From NCBI RefSeq assembly GCF_963921235.1, contig NC_086108.1, positions 78,494,001-78,558,000 on the forward strand: a stretch of 64,000 bases of DNA. Reading direction: 5' to 3'. Source of the DNA: Mobula hypostoma. Lineage: Eukaryota. The position numbers and the translations under genes were made by a program. The notes below the pieces were generated by a model that made no database searches, had not been told where the DNA came from, and saw only the letters and a program-made list of their open reading frames with translations. Each line of letters begins with the position of its first letter. The first letter of the stretch is position 1. Shown in pieces: positions 1 to 10,620 of this stretch.

Positions 1-582
1 TGCTGTCAGTTTAATCTGTTAACACATTCATTGGTGCAATTTTGAAAGGAATCTTTCTTGTAATGAGCTGCAGTGAGATGGCAGTCCCTTGACCTGATGG
101 CTATCATCTTCCAGAGCTACTTCAGAAATATGCAATATAAAATGAATTTAAATAGCAGATTGAATGATAGCTGCCCTGATTCACAATCTAGGTTAGAAGG
201 TCACATAAGCATGTTGCTATAACAACAGCACTCAAGAACACATGGAATAGATTCATCAGTAAAAAGTTAGACTAAGCACATTAGACTAAGTTCACCCTCT
301 TGAATCAATGCTAGATCTGTGTGGTACATCCACCGAAAAGCTGCATGAGACCAATATTTTAAATCCCAATTTCTAAAGATCTCAGCAATCTTGTACTATA
401 AATCTGCGTATCACTACTCTGAAAATCCAAGTTTGTTGCCCTCCTTGCTAAAATTCCAAACCCTTTCTTCTAAGAAATGGCACCTTTCACACTAAATCTT
501 CAACAGCTTAAAAATGCACACACCGTGGTGTTCCTGAAATGACCTGGTCACTTGTATTCTCCCCTACATTCTCTGTTCTCTA

Positions 583-1377
583 TGTTACAAACCCACAGGT
601 TTCATTTGCTGTGGACTGTCACTTTAAGGGTGCCTAAATGAGGCAGGACTATGATGTTGTTCACCGACTGACTCGCGGCTTGTTTAACTTTAAAACAAAG
701 ACACAGACAGAGAGAGAGAGAAAGAAGATGACTGGCTGCTGAAACTTCAGCTGGTCACTGCGACGGTTTGAAACTCTTTTAAGCCCAAATATTGGGTTAA
801 ATACTGGCACACGGTGCACAATGAATGTGGGACTGTCACTTCGTATAATCCAAAGGAGTGGATTTTTCAGGATGTCCTGTGGAGACCACTTATGTGTTCA
901 CCCTTTCCTGGGTATGTTGTGTGGCAGCCACTTGAAGACAATATCCCTGTGACAGATCACTTTCGGTAATAATTCGTATGTGGATTTGGAACGACACGAT
1001 GGACAAGATCTACAGAGACTGTTATCTCGTTTTCCCATCGTGGAATCTGTGAAATACTTTTGTTTACCTGTGGAATTCGACGTAACCACCTTTTCTCTGT
1101 TTCACCCTGGATTACAAATATCTCTCCCCTATCATACATTTAGTGGATGAACTGAACTTTCCTACTTTACCATCTCAAGACCCTAAGCTTTATTTCCCCA
1201 AGCTCAACTTGGTTCGGGAGCTATATTACACACATAACACTGTTAACATTTGCTTATCTTGGTTAAGTTACGATATTATAAGTAGATACTAATAAGATAG
1301 TGGTTCTAACATTAAAACCCAACTCAGTGTACAATCTTTTGCTGCTGGTTATTTCTAAAATGTTACAGTTTGTAATA
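583..1377. mobile_element. Probable solo LTR
   Basis: Starts TGTTACAAAC (583-592) and ends GTTTGTAATA (1368-1377), a 9/10 terminal inverted match. Flanked by tcta/tctg (4-bp TSD with one mismatch). No coding capacity. Confidence 0.55.
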
Positions 1378-1831
1378 TCTGCTTTGTAGAAATTTACAAA
1401 ATGGACACTCCTTCTATCTCTTTAAGCTGCACATTTTTGGAAACTGCCCCTGGGAGACTCAGTCAGCTTCCTTCAGAGGCCAGCATGTGATGGCAGCAAA
1501 TTTTAGAAAACTTTACTTCCACTGACCTATTAACTTAGATACATAACCCAGTTGTACAATTATTTCCAGGGTTGTACTATATAATATGTACTTGAAGCTT
1601 TCAAAATCCTGGTACACATTTTTTAAAAAATGTTAAGCCAATGGCTGGCCAGCTCATACCTTTATAACTTATTTATTGAAAACATGTTGTCTCAGAAAGC
1701 ATCCGTTGCAAATACTTTGCATGTTCAAGGCCGTCATGAAAATTTGGTTATCATGTTGAGTACAAAGTGCTTAGTGATTATATTGCTACAAAGTTTACCA
1801 ATGATTTAGAAAACTAAATATAAAATCTAAT

Positions 1832-2418
1832 CTGGTCAAAGAACACTGAGGCTGTCTACAAGAAGGGTCAGAGCCGTCTCTATTTCCTGAGGAGACTGAG
1901 GTCCTTTAAAATCTGCCGGACGATGCTGAGGATGTTCTACGAGTCTGTGGTGGCCAGTGCTATCATGTTTGCTGTTGTGTGCTGGGGTAGCAGACACCAA
2001 CAGAATCAACAAAGTCATTCGTAAGGCCAGTGATGTTGTGGGGATGGAACTGGACTCTGATGGTGATGTCTGAAAAGGGGATGCTGTCCAAGTTGCATGC
2101 TATCTTGGACAATGTCTCCCATCCACTACATAATTACTGGTTGGGCACAGGAGTACATTTAGCCAGAGACTCATTCCACCAAGATGCAACACAGAGCATC
2201 ATAGAAAGTCATTCCTGCCTGTGGCCATCAAACTTTACAACTCCTCCCTTGGAGGGTCAGACACCCTGAGCCAATAGGCTGGTCCTAGACTTATTTCCTG
2301 GCACAATTTACATACTTACATATTACTATTTAACTATGGTTTTATTACTAATTATTTATGGTGCAACTGTAACAAAAACCAATTTCTCCCGGGATCAATA
2401 AGGTATGACTATGACTAT
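1832..2418 (+). mobile_element. Rex1/Babar-like LINE 3' fragment
   Basis: Translates WSKNTEAVYKKGQSRLYFLRRLRSFKICRTMLRMFYESVVASAIMFAVVCWG, the C-terminal region of Rex1/L2-group RTs. Ends with a short tatgac tandem tail. Confidence 0.75.
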
Positions 2419-3089
2419 AAACTGTTTTTTTTTAAAAAAAAGCAAGCACTTCAGTGTTCATATTATTGTGTATAATGTCAAACAAAATTATATGGACACA
2501 ACCTGTTTTCAGCTCCAGAAAACTTGGAAGAATATACTTTATTTATAAATACAATATCATAGCCTGTCCTTCCTTTTGTAATCCTTGTCACGCATTGCTT
2601 TTTCATGACCTATCTTTGAGCTACTTACAAACTTGGTATTTGGTAGTTGGCCACCCTCCATCTTGACAAAACACACTGACTCTGATCTTAAAATTCAATG
2701 TTTGTGATTGCTGTATGACTGCTAATGGTACATCACCCCATCATTTACATTTGTTTGAGTATTCCAATTTCAGTTCTGACTCCAGCAGGGAGACCATATG
2801 CCTCATGATCCATTAAACCCAAGTAAGTTTACTTGTATTAGTGTCTATGTAGGCTACTGTGCATTCTGCATAAAATTTCTACAACGGCTCCAATCCAATA
2901 ATGCATACACTGAATTTCCTGCATGTTTCTGTTGGCAAATACTTCCCCCAGATCTGGTTGTCACAGCTTGAAATACATTTTGGCAATTTGAACAGTGGTT
3001 TCTTGTTGTACAGCAGGAGTTGCTATTAGTTTATTATTGGCCCCCTCAGCTATACCTCTCTTAGTTTTCCTTAGGAGATAGTACAAAAT

Positions 3090-3431
3090 GTAACATGCTC
3101 TCCGGTCATCATCTTATTGGACCTAGGTCATAACTGTGTCTTTCCACTGTCTCTCTTGTTCATGTTGCAGCTGAATTCTTACCACATCATCTGGTTTAAG
3201 GAGCAACATTTCCTCAGCTGCCCAGTTGTAGTAAGAGTCTTGTCTTCTCTTTCTCTCTGTCTCAGCCTGCTTAACCCAGCTTGACGGTGTTGTTTTGATT
3301 TGGGTGGTGATTCACTGGTCTCTGAGTTGAACTGTAAGTGAACCCTGGGGCTGGTGTATTTGATTGCTCTTGCTTTAGATTTCTCAGAAGTGACATCACT
3401 GACTTCCTCGTCCTTTCCACTGAATTGTAGA
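3090..3431 (-). pseudogene. Ancient Gypsy integrase C-terminal remnant
   Basis: Minus-strand translation VERTRKSVMSLLR...NTPAPG..YSSTQR then QDSYYNWAAEEMLLLKPDDVVRIQ..W resembles Gypsy AERAVQT..RNTP..SPAQ..YYD...L.PGD.VRI. Stops and frameshifts are present. Confidence 0.55.
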
Positions 3432-3442
3432 TAGTGCAGATG

Positions 3443-3998
3443 TGTTCATCCATCGTCGGCGTCGATGAGGACCTTGACACCATTATGATGGTGTCCAGAC
3501 TAGCGCATGATTTGGATTTAAGTGAGGGAGAGTTTCACAGTGTCAGCCTCACTCTATCTTCCCAATTCCCATCTGAATCCAGTGGCACAACAGAGTTGAG
3601 ATAGCTGGAGATGGGACTAGGTGCAGTGGATGACCAGGATATCTTCTGTGCCTTCTCCTGCTCTACACATTCTACGATGCAGAGACTGCCTTCTTGACCG
3701 TTGGACCTTCCATTGATCTCGTGCACTCAATTCGCCGGAGTCTGTCTTCACATGCTGGGATAGACAACTCCCTATCTCACGGAGGGTTTGAGACCCGTCG
3801 GCTACCCTCACCTGATTTAGCCGGCTTGTCGAAGCCATTGCCCGGGGTGTGGCCGCTGTCATATGCAAACAGCTACAGGGAGCCACAGGTGAGAGCTGAG
3901 TGCCAGGTGGGGACCAAAGGTGGACAAACTGCCTTGAAAAGGATGCGACATGTTCCCCCACCAGAGGTGCTACCCCTCCTTGACACCCCAGACACCCC
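3443..3998 (-). mobile_element. Non-autonomous RTE-like retroelement, copy A
   Basis: Perfect 11-bp TSD tagtgcagatg (3432-3442 and 3999-4009). Reverse-complement homolog of 33082-33646 over its full length, with the same 5' end. Confidence 0.85.
3805..3998 (-). ncRNA. Predicted HDV-like self-cleaving ribozyme at 5' end of copy A
   Basis: RNA reads P1 GGGGUGU/ACACCCC, P2 CUCUCACCUGU/A(U)CAGGUGAGGG, P3 GGC/GCC, L3 starting UCC, GGGCAA, P4 UGGCUU-CGAC-AAGCCG, then G-C-UAA. The candidate catalytic C is at plus-strand position 3820. Confidence 0.65.
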
Positions 3999-4244
3999 TA
4001 GTGCAGATGAGTGAACTTTCAAAACACCTCTACAGCAAATTGGCAGGTATTGTCTGGAATATAATATTCAACAAACTGAGCTTATAATTTGAATCTGAGT
4101 TTATACAAACATTTGTATTTATATACTGTATTTGAATCTATTTTCAAGAAAATGTTATCATTAAGTATAAGAGTTTGCTATTAATCTAATCAGCACATCA
4201 TGTTCAAATATAACCTCCTTCCATTATCTTATGTAAATCTACAC

Positions 4245-4690
4245 ACTGGAGAGCGTGCAGAGGAAATTACTAGGATATTAGCATGGATGGAGAAGTTCAA
4301 CGACCAGCAGAGACATGATAAGCTGGATTTGTTTTCAATAGAGCAGAAAAGGCTGAGGGGAAAACAAACTGAGGTATTCAAAATTATGAGGGGAACCGAT
4401 AAGGTAGATAGTGAGAAATGTTTTTCTATTCCCCTAGCAGAGGGCACAGAATTAAATTAAGTATTAGAAGATTCAGGGAGGATTTGAGGATTTTTTTTTC
4501 TTGCCACCCAAAGGGTGACTAGAACCTAAACGTATACACCTCATTAGATGATGGGGTATGAATTCCCACAACTGGAGCATTTAGGAAGAGTTTTTAAAAT
4601 GCTATGTCATAGAGGGTAGTGCTGGGAAATAAGATTAGTATAGAAACCAATGCAGACAACATGGACTGAAGGATCTGATTCTATGGGCAC
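4245..4690 (+). mobile_element. Old CR1 3' fragment
   Basis: Translates LDLFSIEQKRLRGKQTEVFKIMRGTDKVD, the CR1 ORF2 C-terminus. Degenerate 3' tail. Confidence 0.7.
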
Positions 4691-4817
4691 ATTTCTGTGC
4701 GCCATCCTTCATTGCAGTCATTCCCAGCAGTACAATAATTCACAAGCTTTCTTTTGTCCTTCTCTCCTAGATGTACAGATTAATACAGAATTGCAGAGCC
4801 CTATCAGAGGTACTTAA

Positions 4818-6178
4818 ACAGTACTTCGCCACAGGTGAGGTGCCGGAAGATTGGAGGATAGCTAATGTGTACCATCGATTCAGAAAGGCCCCAGTAAGTA
4901 AGGAAATTATAGGTCAGTGAGCCTGATATTAGTATTGGGTAAGTTATTGGAAGGTACTATATTCTAAGGGACCAAATATATAAGCATTTGGGTGGATGGT
5001 GACTGATGAGAGATAGTCAACACGGCTTTGTGTGTGGTACAGTAGGTCGTGTCTAACCAGGAAAGTTGATGAAGGAAAGGCTGTGGATGTTGTCTACATC
5101 GACTTTCGCAAGGCCTTCGACAAGATCCCAAGTGGGAGGTTGGTTAACAAGATTCAGTCACTTGGCATTCAAGATGAGGTGGTAAATTAGCCAGTGACTA
5201 GCAGTGTGCCTCAGGAATCGGTGCTGGGTCTGTTGCACCAATAGCAACAATCTGGATGATGATGTAGTAAACTGAATCAGCAAATTTATGGATGACACCA
5301 AGATTGGGATCATAATGGACAGTGAGGAAGGCTTTCAAAGCTTGCAGCAGGATTTGGACTAGTTGGAAAAATGGGCTGAAAAATGGCAGATGGAATTGAA
5401 TGCAGACAAATGTGAGGTGTTGCACGTTGGGAGGACAAACTAGGGTAGGATTTACACGGTAAGCATTAGGGCACTGCACAGAGTGCAGAACAGAGGGATC
5501 TGGGAATACAGGTCCATAATTCCTTGAAGGTGGTGTCACAGTTCGAAAGGATCGGAAAGAAAGCTTTTGGCACATTGGCTTTCATAAATCAAAGTACTGA
5601 GTACGGGAGTTGGGATATTATATTGAAGTTGTATAAGATTTTGATGAGGCCTAATCTAGAGCATTGCATGCAGTTCTGGTCACTTACGTACAGGAAAGAT
5701 ATCAATATGATTGAAAGAACAGAGAAAATTTACAAGGATGTTGCTGGGATCTGAGGACTTGAGTTACAGGGAAAAGTTAATACATTCAGACTTTTTTCCC
5801 TAGAGTGTAGAATGAGGGGATATTTGATAGAGGTATACTAAATTATGAGGGGTATACATAGGGTAAATGCAAACATGCTTTTCCACTATGGTTGGTTGGG
5901 TGAGACTTGGACTAGAGCTCATGGTTTAAGGGTGAGATATTTAAGGGGACATGAGGGGAACGTCTTCACTCGGAGAGTGCTGGGGCTATGGAATAAGCTA
6001 TCAGCGAAAGTGGTCAATTCAGCATTTAAGAGAAAATTAGATAGGTACATAAATAGAAGGGTATAGGGAGGGAGTTAAGGTCCAGGAGCAGGTTGATCGG
6101 ACCAGGCAGAATAATAGTTTGGCATGGACTAGATAGACTGAAGGCCCTGTTTCTGTGCTATAGTGTTCTATGACTCTG
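4818..6178 (+). mobile_element. Degenerate CR1 LINE (RT region to 3' tail)
   Basis: Peptides GEVPEDWRIANV, VDVVYIDFRKAFDK, SKFMDDTKIG and LYKILMRPNLEHCMQFWS. Tail ttctatgactct. Many stops. Confidence 0.85.
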
Positions 6179-6179
6179 A

Positions 6180-7080
6180 CTTTATGAGATGTACTTATTC
6201 CCCACTGAATTTCTCTTCTGATAGATGTTGGTTCTACCGTTCTCTCAGCTCTTAAAAATTCTCCCTCAGAAGTGCTCAGTTCATCTGTGAGGAAGATGAA
6301 TTTCATACTACATACATAGTATGACAATAAATGTACTTTGAAACTTAGAATCTCTGGCAGGAAAGCGTGGGTCAAATCTGACTGCTTTTGTGCTTCATTG
6401 ATCATCATTTCAAAATGGCTACACAAATCCTACAGCTTTCCATCATGTGATGTTCTCTGCCATAACTTCATGGATAATCTTATTGTAGGCAGATTCTTAA
6501 GCGTAATCACAGTTTTACAATTCTGTGTATCTGTTGCCTGTTTTTTGTGCACAGAGGAATGAAAGACTATATGCATCTCCAAAGTATGTCTTACTATCTT
6601 GATGGTAAGCAGTCTGTAAATAATTTCAGTGTTAGTGCAGACTCAGTCGTGCAGTCTGGGGTTTGGTGAAGACTCCGCATTATAAATACTGCAAAAGGTT
6701 TGTCATCAGTGTAGTACTGGAACCTCTCAAACCCAAATCTAACTGTCTACTGTTCCTTTTCAAGGTGAGTGTAACTTATGACACTGGTGATGTTTACTGC
6801 AAGGTAATTTTTTTGAATCATCTGCTTTTGATATGAACACTTTATGGTCATGAGAGTTGCATAACTCTGTGGTAATTATTTCATTAGACTGCTTGTTTAT
6901 AGATAGCCATCCAACACTGTTCACTGTTTTTCCATGTCAGCTACTTTGGTGGTTTGCACAATTCACTGAAGTAGGAATCCAACATCACTGTTTACTGAAT
7001 TAGCAACCACATGACCCTAGAAGGAAATTTTGGTCGGTTTGAACTTTAGTTTCTATAGTATTGTGCAAGGTCTTTATGCA
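6180..7080 (-). pseudogene. Ancient Gypsy RNase H and integrase N-terminal remnant
   Basis: SYTHLEKEQ*TVRFGFERFQYYTDDKPF resembles YAQIEKELLAIVFG.ERF..Y..TDHKPL. TDELSTSEGEFLRAERTVEPTSIRREI..ISTSH resembles RDELS..DG....RIVIP.SLR...IH.SH. It continues at ~4700-4770 (HLG..K.ACELLY.W) and ~4010-4080. Confidence 0.65.
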
Positions 7081-7084
7081 CATA

Positions 7085-8767
7085 CAGAGCTGCTAGAAAG
7101 TTTGTGAACCCTGTAGAATTTTCTCTATTTCTGTAAAAATATGACCTAACATGTGACCAGGTCTTCATGTAAGTCCTAAAACTAGATGAAGAGAACCTAA
7201 TTAAATAAATAACACAAAAAATTATGCGTTTTCATTTACTTATTGAGAAAAATGATCCAATATTACTTGAATTTGTTGGAGAAAGTATGTGAACCTTTGC
7301 TTTCAGTAACTGGTGTGATCCCCTTGTACAGTAATAACTTCAATCAAATGTTTCTGGTAACTGTTGATCAGTCCTGCACATTGGCTTGGAGCCATTCCTC
7401 CTTACGAAACTACTTCAATTCTGGGATATTGATGGGCTTCCTTGTATGAGCTGCTTACTTCAGGCCCTTCCACAACATTTCTATAGGATTAAGATCAAGA
7501 CTTTAATCGGCCATTTTCTGCTTTTTAAACCGTTCTGTTGTTGATTAACTTCTCTCTTTCAAATCATTGTCTTGTTCCATTATCCATCTTCTATTAAGCT
7601 TCAGGTGACGGACTGCTACCCTGATATTCTCCTGTAAAATGTCTTGATACAATTCTGAATTCATTGTTCTCTCAATGATTGCAAGCTGTCTAGGCCCAGA
7701 GACAGCAAAGCAGCCCCAAACCATACACGAGGAATTCTGCAGATGCTGGAAATTCAAGCAACACACATCAAAGTTGCTGCTGAACGCAGCAGGCCAGGCA
7801 GCATCTATTGGAAGAGGTACAGTCGATGTTTCGGGCCAAGACCCTTCGTCAGGACTAATTGAAAGAAGAGCTAGTAAGAGATTTGAAAGGGGGAGGGGGA
7901 GATCCAAAATGATAGGAGAAGACAGGAGGGGGAGGAATGAAGCCAAGAGCTGGACAGGTGATTGGCAAAAGGGATATGAGAGGATCATGGGACAGGAGGC
8001 CCAGGGAGAAGTAAAAGGGGGAGGGGGGAACCCAGAGGATGGGCAAGGGGTAAAGTCAGAGGGACAGAGGGAGAAAAAGGAGAGAGAGAGAGAGAAAGGA
8101 TGTGTGTATATAAATAAATAACAGATGGGTACAAGGAGGAGGTGGGGCATTAGCGGAAGTTTGAGAAGTCCATGTTCATGCCATCAGGTTGGAGGCTACC
8201 CAGACAGAATATAAGGTGTTGTTCCTCCAACCTGAGTGTGGCTTCATCTTTAGAGTAGAGGAGGCCGTGGATAGACATATCAGAATGGGATGTGGAATTA
8301 AAATGTGTGGCCACTGGGAGATTCTGCTTTCTCTGTCCAGTTTCATGCATCTCTAACAATTGTTCTTCTAAGGTCCTCTGAAAGTTGTTTTGATTGAGGG
8401 ATGGTGTACATAAACAGATCTTTCTTGAGAGGAGCAGGCTCTGTCAGTAACCTGGCTTTGTGTGTCTTGTTTTATAGGGCAGGGCACTTTTACGAACCAC
8501 ACCTCCAACCTCATCTCATTGACTGGAACACCTGACTCCAAATAGCTTTTGTAGAAGGCATTGCCCCAGAGGTTCACATACTTCTTCCAAAGAATACATG
8601 TAATATTGGTTCATTTTTCTCAATAAATAAATGAGCAAGTATAATGTTTTCATTTAAATGGGTTCTCTTTGGTTTTAAGGCTTACATGAAGATCTGATCT
8701 CTTTTAAGGTCATTTATGCAGAAATAGAGAAAATTCTAATGATTCACAAACTTTCTTAACACCACTG
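7085..8767 (-). mobile_element. Tc1/mariner DNA transposon (IR/DR type), internally deleted
   Basis: Left end TA|CAGAGCTGCTAGAAAGTTTGTGAA; right end TTCACAAACTTTCTTAACACCACTG. Imperfect inverted repeats of ~200 bp with inner repeats. Transposase DDE fragment MVWGCFAVSGPRQLAIIERTMNSELYQDILQENI...QDND at ~7545-7724. Confidence 0.85.
7725..8335 (-). mobile_element. Penelope-like element 3' fragment inserted in Tc1
   Basis: GIY-YIG C-terminal peptide LPVATHFNSTSH..MSIHGLL...RLEEQHLIFCLGSLQPDGMNMDFSNFR*, then a pyrimidine-rich UTR and a pLTR with a hammerhead motif at ~7821-7856. Confidence 0.85.
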
Positions 8768-10349
8768 TGTGTGTGTCTTTAACTTGCATAGTACTATAGT
8801 AATTTTATGTATTGCACTATCCTGCTACCATGAAAAGAAGTTCATGATATATGTGAATGATAAAGGATTCTGATATGGGTCTGTATTGTTGACTGAGACT
8901 GAGAAGAGGGGCAGGGCGAGGGAAATCATAGCTAGGAAAAGGGGAAGTGAGAGGGGAGAAAGTGGGAAGAACCAAAGAGACAATCTGTAATGATCAAGAA
9001 GCCAATTGTTTGGAATCAATTGACCTTGTCAGATGTGCCATCCCCTGTTCCCGGCAGTCTTTCTCTACCACCTGTCCCACACCCCTCCTGCTGTTCTCCA
9101 TTCATCATCGCTCCCAACATCCTTTAGTCCCGGCAGATGACAAACTCACTCTCTGCTCTACGTTGATAAATACATGAACACGGGAAGCTGAAATGGTAGA
9201 TTTAAAAGTAGTGTGCATGAGTGCATGTGTGGTTATGTAAGAGATGAAACTTCATTTGGTGAGACGGAGCCACCAGTTGTGAAGGATGGTTATTGCAGGT
9301 TCGTGATGCCAGTGGGGGTGGGTATACTCGTTTTGAGGACTGCATTTTAGCATATGCATTTTGTGCACGCACATATGCGCCTTGGTGTAATAGTTGCAAG
9401 GGAATACATACTCAGGCATCATGAGTTCAGGCGCACAAAAGGGGAAGATTGCGGAATACAGACTCTGCTATTTTAAATATGAACTGTTTAACTAGTACCC
9501 ATCATTTATATTTTGTATAGTGTGGGAATTAGTGTGGAGATATTTCAGGGAGAAATTCTATCCAGATACATTTGTCAGGATGGCACCTTTTGAGGTCAGG
9601 CAACATCAGATCAAGAGCCCTGATGATCCGAGCTAGCCCGTGCCTCTGATTACGGCCATTCATAAGCCCTTCAGCCCAGAGAGAAACAAGCATTTTGTCA
9701 GTGTCGCCCTCATTTAAAGTTACATGTGGGAATTCAGAATTCTGGCGCAAGCGCAAGGAAATAGTTGGAATTTACCGGATCAGCCTAAAGATATACATAT
9801 GTTGGGAAAAATGAAATGTCTGAGGAATATGTGGGGCAGAATGGCCTAGAGGGTGTGGGGTGGTATGTAGGCAACCACCAGCAATGCAAGAAATGAAGAA
9901 AGACATCTCTCTTTTACAGGAGAAGTGTGGCAGCGACTGGGGAGGGAAGTGAGAGTAACTGGGGATTGATACTGACAGTGATTCAAAGAGCTGATGAGAC
10001 AGCCATGGATTATGAGCCTGAATATCAAGCCTATGAGGAGTATTCAGGGTTGGATAATCCAGTGTGGGATGACCCTGTCTTCCTAAAAATGATGAAGGAG
10101 GGCCTGAACTCAGCCCCCAGGAAGTTTTAGATTTAGGGATAGCAGTGGGATCAACATACTATGTGATAGTTTTGTGGGCCAGTGAGATAGACCAAAGAAA
10201 GTTTAAGAGAAATTGTAAAGTGGCTATAGTGGATGCAGCTGCTGTGATGTCACAGAGAGTCTGTTTGATGTGCCAGCAGCCAGGGCACGTAGCAAGGAAC
10301 TGCTGGAATAGACTTGGGATGGTAAAGGAGTTGATATGCTACAGCTCAA

Positions 10350-10467
10350 ACAAGAGAAAATCTGCAGATGCTGGAGTCCTGCCGAAGGGTTTTGGCCCGA
10401 AACGTCCACTGTGCTCCTTTCCATAGATGCTGCTTGGCCTGCTGAGTTCCTCCAGCATTTTGTGTGT
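10350..10467 (+). mobile_element. Penelope pLTR-derived short insertion in ERV gag
   Basis: Inverted tail (aaacaagagaaaatctgcagatgctgg) followed by a direct pLTR (agtcctgccgaaggg...cccgaaacgtcc...). It splits the CYS|GILGHGCSQC knuckle. Confidence 0.75.
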
Positions 10468-10620
10468 GGCATATTGGGACATGGTTGTAGTCAGTGTCCA
10501 AAAAAAAGGTTAAAGTAATGGCAGACATGCAATCTTGCATCCCACCAGCACCCAGTCTGACCAATCTGAGTGTCGATCAGGTCATTGAGCTGGTGAAGAT
10601 GGCTTCTAGGTCAGAAGAAG

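Noticed and set aside
3535..4014. Short ORFs in the ribozyme element (also 33044-33653)
   Set aside because: ORF boundaries are not conserved between the two copies and no domain is recognisable.
9250..9760. Candidate primer-binding sites (tggtgagacgg at ~9258, tggcgcaagcgc at ~9743)
   Set aside because: Neither gives a convincing 18-nt tRNA match, no 5' LTR precedes them, and the second lies within probable gag.
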